A DNA stretch of 62,123 bases, the filler included, from Globobulimina sp. (lineage: Eukaryota): assembly GCA_003354225.1 (NCBI GenBank). It is 18 parts of 18 records of this genome, joined end to end, with 100 filler letters (N's around TTAATTAATTAA, not from the genome) between each part and the next. Parts side by side here need not be neighbours in the genome. Positions count along the whole stretch, not along the records: positions 10,380 to 13,738 come from PIVH01002985.1; positions 13,839 to 17,197 come from PIVH01002986.1; positions 17,298 to 20,655 come from PIVH01002987.1; positions 20,756 to 24,113 come from PIVH01002988.1; 14 more parts are not named here. One strand, 5' to 3'. The notes beneath the pieces were generated by a model. That model saw nothing but the letters and a program-made list of their open reading frames with translations. It was not told the origin of the DNA and made no database searches. Positions within the stretch are counted from its first letter, which is position 1. Each line of letters begins with the position of its first letter. The position numbers and the translations under genes were made by a program. This document shows positions 10,765 through 22,549 of this stretch, in pieces.

Positions 10765-12127
10765 TTATTTGCAATATCTGTAAACCAATTGAGGCCATTC
10801 AAACAAAAAAAAATCAATGCAAATAATACCCCATTTTTGGTAAAAGTTAAAATATATATTAATGTATATATTATTGACGATGTTCGATATTTGATGATTT
10901 TTTGTTTGAAGATCCTTAATTTGATGATTTTTTACCTGTTTTTCATATCTCCGTTTATACCCCGATAAAGCAAGTTTAATGCATAAAACATTACTCACTC
11001 TCTCAATATTGTTATAATTGGCCAATGACAATCCCATTTGCTCCAAAATAGCATTTGAATTAATATCACGTTTAGATATTCCAAAGTGTTCCAATGCTGG
11101 TTGCTTTCCAATAATATCATCAACAAATTGTTTTAATACATCTCCTTCTACAGAACCAATATCAACAACCTTCAAAGATGTAACATTTCTGAACGCATTC
11201 ACAGTATTTCTATCTGGATACAATAATTTTAAACTATGTAATTTCGGGAAAGTAACACTATTCATTCGACACGCACCTCTAATAACATGTAGTGTTTCTA
11301 ATTGATCATGTAAAGCTGCAATAAAATTGTCAGAAAATTGAGTAGCAACCATCCAAAAACGTAATTTTTGTACATTCGGAAAAAGATTAGCTATATTATT
11401 ATGATTATAAGAATGATTATTATATACTTTTAAAGCAAATGCGGATAAATGTTCAAGTTTTGTAAATCTAGATAAGAGGGCAATTATCGATGCTGCTTCA
11501 TATACGATTGTAGATTTAGACATTAATTTTAATATTTTAACATTACTACAATTTATTAAATGTTGATTTTGTATGAATAAATTGATATCATTCTGATCTC
11601 CAAATTTATTGCATAAACGTAACTTATTTAATGAGTCATTATTTGACCATGCTGCCTGATTTGAAGGTGATAAACCATTAAAAGAACGGATGTCTAAAAC
11701 CAAACTCTTAACATTTTTGAATGCATTCAAGCACATTGATTTTGGATATTTTTCACATAACATATTTAAATTTAATCTATGTATTTGTGGTGGTGAATAC
11801 ATGGATATATATATATTTCTGTTACATTGCGCCAATAGGAAATACTGTGTATAGTTTAAAAATGATCCAATATTAACCAATTAATTCAGATGGTATTTCA
11901 TCGATATGTCTCGCTTTGATTTGTTTTGGTTTGCTTTTTCTGGAAACAATAATGTCTGATTGGATTTGGGTAAGAGGTTTTATTGAATGTGGATTGCTTT
12001 TGAAATGATTGAATAATGAGTCAACAATTACTTTTCTTCCGACTGTTTTGACAAATTGTGTAAAAAATTCATTATCAGTAATTTTATGATCCAAATATCT
12101 AAACCTTATCAATTCTGTCAAGGCCAT
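10765..12127 (-). pseudogene. F-box-like/LRR-like protein with +1 frameshift
   Basis: IDEIPSELIG|NIGSFL..YFLLAQCNRNIY is one F-box-like motif split by an extra base at about 11876, followed by LRR-like repeats. Confidence 0.6.
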
Positions 12128-12174
12128 GGAAAAGAAAAAAAAAGAGAGTTTTTTTAATTATAATTTCTTTAATA

Positions 12175-13680
12175 ATGGCAGCTGTAACTTTGAAGTCAAC
12201 CTTCGTTTTTTGTTTATTATGCTGTATCATTGATTTAATGCATGCATCTAATAAAGATTGGTTTTTTTTGAAGGATGGTGCGAATGGAGGAAGCGATTGT
12301 GTTGTATGCACTTTGTTGGTATCATTAGTATGGCAAGTTTCCAATTACAATAATTTAACATATGAACAAGGCTTTGAACAGTTTTGTCAATATTTATCGA
12401 CAGAACCAAATAAAATTATATTTGATGCTTGCGAAGGTTTAAAATATGTTTTGCAAGCACCAATTGCAAGATTATTAAATCAAGGAGATACTCCTGGTAT
12501 ACTCTCTAAAAACAACGAACAATTTGAACAGATGAAGCATGTCAAACGCTTGCAATGTGCACCAATTCTGCTGGTTATTATTGTCATTTATATCCACCAA
12601 AAACGAAAACAGTAAAAATTGCACATTCCCCAATAGTCTCTTTTTGCGATATCAAAGGTGTTGAAGAATTATGCAAATTAATTGAACGATGGAGTGATGG
12701 TATGAATGTATGCAGATTTGCATATTTTTATATTTATACATTTCTATATTCAGATCATTTGCCAGTGGAAGATTTAGATAACGACAGTTTCAGTTTAATG
12801 CCGCAACCAAGAGGTTGGGATTGGAGAGGGAAAGATTGCAATGATTTGGACATTGATATTCATCCCGGCCGAACAGCCAAAAATAGCGACAGTTTGGCTG
12901 ACTCAAATTGCAATGGAATATATGGCATTGATAACAAAACAGGCAAAACTTTCGAAAGTCTCTATTGCGACGACACAGAGGCGATGGGTATGCTATTATT
13001 GGGCGATTCTGCGGGTGCACATTTTCATATTCCTCCCGAATGGATGAATGTGACTGCAATGAGCACCAAAGTATTTGAACAACTTTATTTTGCATTGCTA
13101 AATGAATTGGATTGGCCCCACTTATCAATGACCACTGCTTTTTACAATTCGACCCAAGAATGGGAGAATATTATTCAAGGTCCGGTGGATTCGCTGTATT
13201 TACGCTTTTTGAAATTGAATCGGTGCAACAAAAACGATTATGCAAATATGGGCGTTAATGGTATGTCTTTACATATATTTTCTGCAAATGTGCAGGTTGA
13301 GTGCAGTACGTTTGCTGTGTCACTGAATTAGGCGCCAGGTCGTCGTCAATGAGTGCCCATTTGGATGAGCAATTACGTCGAAATCCATTAACAGATAAGC
13401 CCGCTTATGTAAATTATGAATTGTTAGGCAATGATGTTTGTAATGGACATCCTGGCTTTTCCCACATGACTACACCGCAGGAATTCTATGATAATAATAT
13501 GAAAGTGTTTGAATATTTGGATGCTCATTTACCGAATGGCTCGAAAGTAGTTGCAAATGGTTTGGCGAATGGGAGTGTGCTTTATGAGGCAATGCATGAC
13601 AGAATACATCCGATTGGCGCACTTTATAACGATGTCACTTATATGGATTTGTATGATTATTTAAATTGTTTGGAAATAAG
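12175..13680 (+). CDS. AOAH: Acyloxyacyl hydrolase (saposin B + SGNH lipase), 3' truncated
   Basis: Motifs GGSDCVVC, RGWDWRGKDCND, LLGDSAGAHFHIP, VNGARS and LGNDVCNGH. Introns at 12497-12531, 12700-12753 and 13261-13331, and a donor at 13681. Confidence 0.93.
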
Positions 13681-13874
13681 GTTGGCTGCAAAGAATACAT
13701 TTATATCAGTGTTGATTTGGAAATATATATAAATTAATNNNNNNNNNNNNNNNNNNNNNNNNNNNNNNNNNNNNNNNNNNNNTTAATTAATTAANNNNNN
13801 NNNNNNNNNNNNNNNNNNNNNNNNNNNNNNNNNNNNNNTGTTTATTTATTTGAAACATATTAAAATATAAATCA

Positions 13875-15113
13875 GGACTAAATAAATGGCAGCATGGCGA
13901 GGTAAAATGGCAATGCGTACATACGAAATGCCAAAATACGTTTTGTTCGGATTGCATAGGAAAAGACACAAAATCAATACGTTCCAATTCGCGAGCAACG
14001 CGACCAAAATCACTATTATTGAAAAGCAAAAAATCGCGATTTGGAGAGTCTGAAGACAGTGAGTCTGGAGACGACTATATCAAACCACCAACACCAACGC
14101 CAACACCAACATCCAACGAGGGTTCTACTGACAGTTCGACAGATAACTCCGATGAAAGGATTGTCGAGTCTGACAAGTTTAGTCACTCAAGTTTTTTTTT
14201 GACATTTACATGGCAACTAAAAAAAACATGGCAAACACTACGCACAAACTCAGTAAGTTCCATCAATTTGATTATTCATCGCGAAGGAAGAGAGCTGCAA
14301 AGGAAACGAAACAAACGGCGAAGGAAAATGATAAGATTGAGAATAATAATAACAATGACAACAAGTCCAGAAAGAGGAGATTTTGCGAGACAAATAATTG
14401 TGTGAATGATAACGATATGAATATGGAGAGCGCAAAGAAGAGGATGAAGCTTAATAATTATAAAGAGGAACATGATGAGAAAGTAATTGGTAATTTTAAA
14501 CGTAGGAAAAGTAAAAGGGATGAATTAAAAACTAAATATATAAAGCTTTTGGAGGCGGAATTGGAGAAATCTAAAGTGAATGGAAAGAAGCAGTCGATGG
14601 AAAATGCAGATTTAAGGGCAGCTGGAAAAAAACTTGTGTCCGAATTTAAAAAAGTTGTGTCTGAGAATAAAGGGTGGCGGTTAAGTTGTATTCTGTTTTT
14701 TTTTTCAATTTGAAACGTTTTTGTTGCATGGTTTGAAACCGAATGTTTTCAGTGCCAAATTTGCGAAAATAAAGGGCATTGTTGGGAAAGAAAATGGTGT
14801 GGAAGGTAATAATAATATGGATGGTGATAAGCAGAATGAGGGTGTTTTGAATGTGGATAATAATAAATGTGATAATGCTGATTCTGTGACAGTAGTAGTG
14901 AATGTGGGTGATATTGATATGGATTTGGGTGTGGACACTGAGGATGATGATATAGTGGAGAATGGCAATGGGAATGGGACACAAATGAAAGATGAAAATG
15001 TGACATGTAATAATATAACCGTTCCATCTGCAAAAAGTGGGACTTTTAATTCAAAGAACCAGAAAATTATAGATTTATGCTCTGATTCTGACGATGATGG
15101 AGCTGGAGCATAG
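13875..15113 (+). CDS. Hypothetical low-complexity/coiled-coil protein(s), exon structure unresolved
   Basis: Overlapping + ORFs with a CVHTKCQNTFCSDC zinc-finger-like fragment and N/D/K-rich segments. Confidence 0.35.
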
Positions 15114-15373
15114 TACATGATTCTTATTAAATTTGCATAAATAAAATGTCTTAGAATGTTATATTGTTTTTGAATTGTTTTTGTTGTCGAGTGTTTTATA
15201 TGGTATTACTGCAAATGTCTGACAGTGTTATTAAACCATATAATTGATTTCTTAGCATTTTGAAGATCGATATAATTGCAATGGACACTACATATATTGA
15301 AGGGAAGCAATATTTGTGCGACTGCACCTTATACAATTTAAAACATTTAAAAAAAACTTATTTATTTAAAACA

Positions 15374-17008
15374 TTACAATTTAATATTATCAAACATTTC
15401 ATTTCCAGGTATCTCCTCATCCACAACATCATTATTCTTATTCACATCAAATATATTATTATCAATTTCAACTGCAGCCACCTGCGGAGAGGACCGCGAT
15501 TCAATGTTTTTATTGCGCTGCTCCTTTGAATGTGTTCTTCTTTTCTTATCTTTACTTCGTTTCTTATTTTTAAAAATCTCCTTTTTCGAATTCTCAATCA
15601 ATAGTTGTGAGCGTGCGGCCTCCCCAATAGATTTGGACAACGGCGACGGATTAATCCTCGAGTGATGAAAGGGAGATATTTGCGAAGCATCTGGTAACTT
15701 ATAATTGTTATCAAACACTGAACCAATTGGAATGGAGTTGACCCGTTCAAACTTGCCCGGTGGTAACATACTAATTTGTGGCGATCGCAACTGATAATTT
15801 TCTTCGTGAAACAAGGTGACAGTGGATATGCTTTGATTGCCCATAATCTCAAACAAAACCGATTGATATCCATAGATCTTTATACTTTGATGGTTATTAT
15901 GTTTATTTAACGCCTTCTCCTCCAAATCCTTACTCACATTTTGGATCTTTCCATGCGAGGACCGGTACATTATCGGCGAGCCTATATTGGGGCCCATATA
16001 TTTTAAGATATCCTTCCATTTGGAACAAGCAGTGATGACACAATTCATATCATTGAATAATATGATATTCAAATTGCATTTGCACCAACGATTAAAGTCA
16101 GGGTGGCCCACACAATTTGTGTGCAGGATAAATTTCTTTATGACATGCGAATGTCAATCAAATAGGATATCCAAACCCAAATCGATGTAATTAAAGAAAT
16201 AATCATTCCTTTTCATTTCTGTTGTGGTTTTGTAATGTGGACCAGTATCGGAAAGGACGTCTTGTACCGAGCAGCCAAATAAAATGTTGCTGTTACGCCA
16301 CCCCAATTTTATGCCTTGGTTCAGAGTCACATAAATCGGCTCAAAGTAATACGCATAGACATGGATATGCGACGGACAGCTGCCCCGAGACTGTATCATC
16401 GATAATTCCTGTCCTAAGGGAGGTAATTGGTGGGATAAGAAGCCGTTTTTGCCGTAAAACACAATCAGACGGTTTAATATTGGCGAGCTGCCATCGTTTA
16501 AGTCGACCGGCAATGAGGAAGGGCCGGGATCGTAATTTAAGAGGAATGATAGCCATAAACCTTCATATTCTACGTAGTATAAACTGCGTGCTTTGTCGTA
16601 ATAGCCAGGATGAGTCAGACCCATTATGTTATAGATGCGAGCAAAGGTATTTTGCTTTAGTTTGTTTTTAGTGCTTGGGCTGCATTCTTGCGGTGCAGTT
16701 AATAATTGTTTGTGATAATAAATGGATATTTTACTTAAATCATATACATCGATCAATTTAAGACGTTGTTGGATTGAATCGAATCGTAGATAAATACCAC
16801 ATGTCTTGATATCTAAGACAATGTCGTTTTGAGTTTCATCGTGGATGTTAAATATTGTGTTTACGCGTTTAAAATCGCGTGAATTAAATTGTAATTCGGA
16901 TATGCATTCTCGCAAAGTTGCGCCCAGCCGGAATGGACCAAGAGTTTTACCCGGAAGAAGGAAGCATTGCATTTTGCTAATTATAAAGTTTTTTATTTTA
17001 TTTCTCAA
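15374..17008 (-). CDS. PHAF1: PHAF1/C16orf70 (UPF0183) homologue with one in-frame TGA
   Basis: PGKTLGPFRLG, LRFDSIQQRLKLIDVYD and [36 protein letters not shown]. Both ORFs are in the same frame. Confidence 0.85.
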
Positions 17009-17901
17009 AGACTCTCGGTGTTTTTTATTTTATTTTATTTTATGTGTTCAAGAGTAAGGGGTTGTTCTTATATTGCGCAAAGAAAAGTTGGACCTAGGAC
17101 CTAGGTATATGATTATTAGAGTTTTCCTATTTGACCTTGATTTTGCTCATGATCAACTTTTTTTAATCATTTGTGAATTGTTAGAGAAAAAGCTTAANNN
17201 NNNNNNNNNNNNNNNNNNNNNNNNNNNNNNNNNNNNNNNNNTTAATTAATTAANNNNNNNNNNNNNNNNNNNNNNNNNNNNNNNNNNNNNNNNNNNNCCA
17301 AATTCCATTCTTATTCCTTTAATGAAATGGGGCGGGAAACGATACCCCGTGGTTTTAAGCGGTATGCGACTGTTTGGATATGATAATTTGCGTATTTTAG
17401 GTGCTAAAATTGAAAAAATGTATAGTTAAGTTAAGAGATATCAATATATCTTGTTCTTTATTGACATCTTTTGTCAAATAAATAAATAAAGTGCCACTTA
17501 CAAATACACCGGGACTGCCATTTGGTTTGACATAGTTAAGATATATAATCGTATTTATTTACACACAGAGTGTACACAGTATTGTTGATGTAATTAAGTA
17601 TTGAAATAAATGGGAACTTAACGTTTGTAGCTAATATGGATATAGGCGTTTGTGGCGAGAGTGGAGCAAAATTATTCATGCAATCACTTAAATATGTTTT
17701 GTTGAAATATGACTGTGTGGAAGGACATAAGTCGAAGCGATAGAGTATCATAATTTTAGTTTTGTCATTTGCTTTTCATGACTTTTTTCTTTGTCATGAC
17801 TTTATTTTCTTTTTTAAGTTTTTATTATATATAATTATAATATCACTCATTTCGTCGAAATAATTCAACCGCTCTCTACCAATAAAATACAAACAACAAA
17901 A

Positions 17902-17945
17902 GTTGAGTCCAAATAATAAAAACGTTGAGTCCAAATAATAAGAAC
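17902..17945 (+). repeat. 22-bp tandem duplication immediately upstream of the amidohydrolase ATG
   Basis: GTTGAGTCCAAATAATAA(A/G)AAC x2. Confidence 0.85.
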
Positions 17946-17952
17946 TTTGATT

Positions 17953-19311
17953 ATGTCCTTTTTCTCCAGACCATTCTCAATTCTATCCCGTAGGTTCAAA
18001 CCCATGAGGCAAGACATCCTATGTAGAGCTACAACAATGTCAACCTCGTGTTTACAACCTCATAACAGTCAACAAATAGATGAATATTTCGCTGGGACAC
18101 AATCAAACATTAAAATATGCTCTGAAATATTCGAATTGCGAGACGAAGGTATCAAAATCCAACAACACTTGCACCAAAATCCTGAACTATCATTCAAAGA
18201 ATTTAAAACATCACAATTTGTGATAAATTATCTGCAGAAAATCAGTGAAGAAACAAATTGTAATCTTCAAATACAATCAGAAATTGCCGAAACTGGAGTA
18301 GTTGCCACATTGGACGGCAACAATACTGCTGGTCCATGCATTCTATTCCGGGCTGATATGGATGCTTTGCCCATTCAGGAAACTACAGATTATTCCTATA
18401 AATCTGTCCACAGCAACATATCCCATGCATGCGGGCACGACTACCATGTCACGATATTACTATTAACAGCAAAGGTTTTGTGCTCAATCCAACACTTAAT
18501 TGCTGGCAAAATTAAATTCCTGTTCCAACCAGCTGAGGAAGTCGGGGATGGAGCTCTGAAAATGATAAATGATATGAATGCAAATGTAATGAGCGATGTA
18601 GATCAATGTTATGGTTTGCATGTTCGCTCAAACTATCCGGTTGGAACAGTATTGCTCAATGATGACATTTTAATGGCCGGGGCTTCTCACTTTGATATTG
18701 ATATCGTTGGTGTTGGTGGACATGGCGGATATCCTCATTTTGCAAAGGATGTTATCGTTGCGGGCTCTGCTTTGATTCAACAAATACAATCGATAATATC
18801 GAGGGATGTGAGTCCCACTGAAAGTGGTGTCATTACAATTGGATCGTTTCATGCTGGCTCAAAGGGGAATATTATTGCTGCGGACGCCAAGTTGCAAGGC
18901 ACGATGAGGTGGTTTAAGGATGAAAATGAACAGTTAATAAAGAAGAGATTGGACGACATGTGCCGAGGGGTTGAACTTGCGTATGATGTAAATATAAAAT
19001 TAAGTTATGGTGCACAGTACGCAGCCACTGCCAATCATAAAAATGGACATAAAGTGGTTTGTGACGCTGCGCGTGTCATTGTTGGTGATGGATTGAATGA
19101 TAGTTTTGGAGCTGTTACAGGCGCCGAGGACTTTTCTTATTTTTTAAGGGAGAAACCTGGAGCCTTCTTTTTTTTAGGAGGAAAGAGTGAGGATCAAATA
19201 TATCATCACCAAGCAAACTTTAAATTAGATCAAAGATGTATTATTATCGGATGTAACATGTTTACTCAAATTGCAATGGAGTTGTTCATGCCAAAAACTT
19301 CAGTGTCTTAA
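17953..19311 (+). CDS. M20D family amidohydrolase (hippuricase/ILR1-like), possible mitochondrial presequence
   Basis: Motifs HQNPELSFKE, RADMDALP, HACGHD, FQPAEE, GGHG and GAEDFSYF. The N-terminus is R/S/F-rich with no acidic residues. Confidence 0.92.
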   Translation: MSFFSRPFSILSRRFKPMRQDILCRATTMSTSCLQPHNSQQIDEYFAGTQSNIKICSEIFELRDEGIKIQQHLHQNPELSFKEFKTSQFVINYLQKISEETNCNLQIQSEIAETGVVATLDGNNTAGPCILFRADMDALPIQETTDYSYKSVHSNISHACGHDYHVTILLLTAKVLCSIQHLIAGKIKFLFQPAEEVGDGALKMINDMNANVMSDVDQCYGLHVRSNYPVGTVLLNDDILMAGASHFDIDIVGVGGHGGYPHFAKDVIVAGSALIQQIQSIISRDVSPTESGVITIGSFHAGSKGNIIAADAKLQGTMRWFKDENEQLIKKRLDDMCRGVELAYDVNIKLSYGAQYAATANHKNGHKVVCDAARVIVGDGLNDSFGAVTGAEDFSYFLREKPGAFFFLGGKSEDQIYHHQANFKLDQRCIIIGCNMFTQIAMELFMPKTSVS

Positions 19312-19320
19312 CATCTTTTC

Positions 19321-20655
19321 TCAAAGCAATCTGAAATCATTATCTCCAGACTTCCATGTCTTTATTTGTACGGCTGGATAATAGATTTTATTTTTGTCTC
19401 TCAATTCTGCGTTAAACACAAATTCGTCATTTTTCCAGAAATAAACTGTCCAAAAATTACAATCCAATCGAACTCTGATTATATCTCCGGACTTCCACTT
19501 ACAAAATGATCTACTTCTCGTCCAACCATTCACTTTGATCTCTCCATCCACATAAAAATAAGCATAACTCCCAAGGCTATGCATATGTACATGCGCCTTG
19601 ACTGCAGGTTTATAATTTGATACCAATCCAATATTCGTATAATTTGGGTTACATTTTGTAAATTTAATGCTCCATTCATGGATACCTCCCTTCCATCCTA
19701 TACTGCTCACAAAACAAATGTCATTATAAACATTACCCACTGAAACACATCGCGTTCCATTTTCAAGCACTTTACAATATTCTTTGCAATAAACATCAAA
19801 TTCAAATCTTTCTTTAAAAGGTTCGGCGCAAAACAAAAATTGAATATTTTTATTAAACGCATCAATCATTTCACAAATATTATTGATTGGAGGTGTTGTG
19901 AATAATAAATCGGATGAAATATTTGAAATTATTTCTCCATTTAAAAATTGAATTGAATTTGGATTCTCGTTTAATATTTTAACACATTGTATTTTAATAT
20001 TACATTCATTGTCTTTCTTTTCCTCATTATTTTCGCATAAAAACCATCGATATTTGGAATTGGACATAAATGAAAACCTTTGTTTCCATTCTTCATTTAA
20101 TGCTGTTTTGGCATTTCTGTCTTGTTTTAAATTATTTATTTCTTGTTTTAATTTATTTATACGAGAGCCGTTATCATTAAATTTATTCTGTAATTCTTTG
20201 ATTTGGTGACCTAATTTTTTATTATTTTGGCGTGATTCATTTATTATAATATCTCTGTTATTAAATAAGGGATTAAATGTTGTCACACATTTTGATAAAT
20301 GTTTTGTCATCAAATCATTCAAAGAGCCACCATTCCAATCACAACCTGCGGAAAACCCTTCTTTTTCGTCACAAACTGTATCAACTATTTTTCCGTCATT
20401 GTTATTATATTTCTTTTGTTTATATTGCATTGAATGTGGACACAATACCATCGATTTTAATATTTGTCGACGATAAGCACGACTTGCAATAATAATTGGA
20501 TTCCGATGTGAATTGATTGGACATTTTCCATTATTTCCCTGTATCATTTGATTTAAAAATTGCTTGCAATATAAACATATTTCTTCATCATTGTGATTGC
20601 AGCCTAATTCCACCGCATCACAACAAACTGAGCCACAATCAGCACATAAATATTC
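19321..20655 (-). CDS. RING / TRAF-type Zn finger / coiled-coil / SPRY(B30.2) protein (5' truncated)
   Basis: Open from the contig end: YLCADCGSVCCDAVELGC...CLYC...CP, then CPH...CDW...HLSKC, a coiled coil, and a SPRY domain (GIHEWSIK, GDIIRVRLD, YYPAV). Confidence 0.8.
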   Translation of the reverse strand, partial: EYLCADCGSVCCDAVELGCNHNDEEICLYCKQFLNQMIQGNNGKCPINSHRNPIIIASRAYRRQILKSMVLCPHSMQYKQKKYNNNDGKIVDTVCDEKEGFSAGCDWNGGSLNDLMTKHLSKCVTTFNPLFNNRDIIINESRQNNKKLGHQIKELQNKFNDNGSRINKLKQEINNLKQDRNAKTALNEEWKQRFSFMSNSKYRWFLCENNEEKKDNECNIKIQCVKILNENPNSIQFLNGEIISNISSDLLFTTPPINNICEMIDAFNKNIQFLFCAEPFKERFEFDVYCKEYCKVLENGTRCVSVGNVYNDICFVSSIGWKGGIHEWSIKFTKCNPNYTNIGLVSNYKPAVKAHVHMHSLGSYAYFYVDGEIKVNGWTRSRSFCKWKSGDIIRVRLDCNFWTVYFWKNDEFVFNAELRDKNKIYYPAVQIKTWKSGDNDFRLL

Positions 20656-20757
20656 NNNNNNNNNNNNNNNNNNNNNNNNNNNNNNNNNNNNNNNNNNNNT
20701 TAATTAATTAANNNNNNNNNNNNNNNNNNNNNNNNNNNNNNNNNNNNNNNNNNNNAT

Positions 20758-22425
20758 GAAAAAGGTGTTGTTTTATGTCAGTTATTGGATGAAATTCATA
20801 TTTGTAAATATCATTTACTTGAATTAGGATTTAGGACTCACAAAAATCACAAAAAAAATGAAAAAATATTTAATAAAATTATAAAAAATGGAAATATTAA
20901 TATGAAAAATAATAAATTTGTCACACAAATCGGAAATTATAATCAAAATGAACATGAGGATGATGAAAAAAAAGAAAATATTAATGTTTGTTATGGGTTT
21001 GGTTTTCGATTTTATTATCATAGCTATTATAAAAATAATACAACAAAAGGTGGACAAATACCTGGTGCTTATCATGGTATGGTCGATGAAGGGAATTCAT
21101 TAATAAATGCATCCTATCGATATTGTGATTGGTATATTGAAGCAAAATATGATTCGCTGAAAGATGAAGTATTAAATTGTGAGAAAGAGAAAATATCACT
21201 GATTGAATATAACAATACATTCTTTAAAGCAATACTTAAATATAAAGTATGTAAAAAACATATTAAAACGCCTGCTTCTCAGTGGTTAAAAGTGTATGAA
21301 ATCCCCAGGAATTCAGCAATAACATTAAATCATATATTATCTGTTTTATTTTATACAAATTTTACAAATCTACAAAATGAATTTAGTAAATCATATCGTA
21401 AAATGGATGATAATTCAATAAAAGAAAGACATTCAAAATATGCAAATTGGGGCAAATTTTTGCGTGAATGTGTTGAAGTATATGGTACAAGATTTGATGA
21501 AGCAAAACAAGAAGAATTTAAGCTGTTTTTTCATGGTATTTCGTGTAAGATGCTATTTGCTGGTTTTTATCAGCGATTTTGCGGTCCAACTTCAACCACA
21601 TTAAGAGAGGAAATCGCAACGATGTTTGCTGGCATTGGTATTGTTATTACCATAAAAAATAGTGGCGTTGCAATGTTTTTCTTTAATTGTATGAGTTGGA
21701 GTGATTTTGCACCTGAAGCAGAAATGCTTTTTATTGGCGGATTTCAGCGATTAGAAATCTGTGGTTTACGGGTAGTTGAAGAAGATATAAATTATAATCA
21801 AGAAATAATTGCCATGAAAATATTTGAAACTGGATTTATTAAAGGTGATGTATCCACAGATAAAGTATTATCAGCACATAAAGATTTAATCTATAAACTG
21901 ATAAATAATAACAAATCATTACCAAAATATATACAAATATTATTTAAAAATATATTATCGAAAACAGAAGGTATTTTCATTGATATTGGAATAATGAATA
22001 AAGAGATTTGTTATGTTTTTGATAATGGTATGCCAATGTATGGATATTTAAGAATTAAAGATATATATTTAAGTAAAAAGAATAGTATCAAATTCAAGGT
22101 AATTAAACAATTATTTCCAATATTAACATCTATTTATATTCGTTGTGTTGATAAAATAGAAAATAAGTTGAATGGTTACCAAATGAGTGCGTCAATATTT
22201 ATAACAGATAGATTTTTATTGCAATTCTTATCGTATTTATCAAATAAAACTAATACATGGAAGTGGATTGTTATTAATCATCCAAAAAATAGTATGGAAT
22301 CATTAAATAAATTAATAAATAAACATTCAATCAAATATGCTAAATATAATTATAAATTGGAGATTAAACAAAATAATGATCCTCAATGTGGTAAATTTCA
22401 TTCTTTTTGTGTGAATCCATTGTAA
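20758..22425 (+). CDS. ADP-ribosyltransferase-like protein (paralogue 2, 5' truncated)
   Basis: VLFYT, FFHG, GPTSTT, A..FA and SDFAPEAEMLF follow the motif order of R-S-E clan ARTs. Confidence 0.75.
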   Translation, partial: EKGVVLCQLLDEIHICKYHLLELGFRTHKNHKKNEKIFNKIIKNGNINMKNNKFVTQIGNYNQNEHEDDEKKENINVCYGFGFRFYYHSYYKNNTTKGGQIPGAYHGMVDEGNSLINASYRYCDWYIEAKYDSLKDEVLNCEKEKISLIEYNNTFFKAILKYKVCKKHIKTPASQWLKVYEIPRNSAITLNHILSVLFYTNFTNLQNEFSKSYRKMDDNSIKERHSKYANWGKFLRECVEVYGTRFDEAKQEEFKLFFHGISCKMLFAGFYQRFCGPTSTTLREEIATMFAGIGIVITIKNSGVAMFFFNCMSWSDFAPEAEMLFIGGFQRLEICGLRVVEEDINYNQEIIAMKIFETGFIKGDVSTDKVLSAHKDLIYKLINNNKSLPKYIQILFKNILSKTEGIFIDIGIMNKEICYVFDNGMPMYGYLRIKDIYLSKKNSIKFKVIKQLFPILTSIYIRCVDKIENKLNGYQMSASIFITDRFLLQFLSYLSNKTNTWKWIVINHPKNSMESLNKLINKHSIKYAKYNYKLEIKQNNDPQCGKFHSFCVNPL

Positions 22426-22549
22426 TAAATTGTGTGACCCATTTATCCAAAAAAGTTTATATTGTTTCTAGATATTTTGATTGAATGGATTCAATTAAAA
22501 CATTTCTTAAATAAAACATTTTTGCCTTGATCACGTTTGGTCAAGCATC

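Noticed and set aside
14646-15118. His-rich minus-strand ORFs
   Set aside because: Antisense of the N/D/V-rich plus-strand coding sequence.
16154-16156. Alternative genetic code (TGA reassigned)
   Set aside because: Only one in-frame TGA in a conserved gene. TGA, TAA and TAG all end genes elsewhere, and other breaks are explained by introns or indels.
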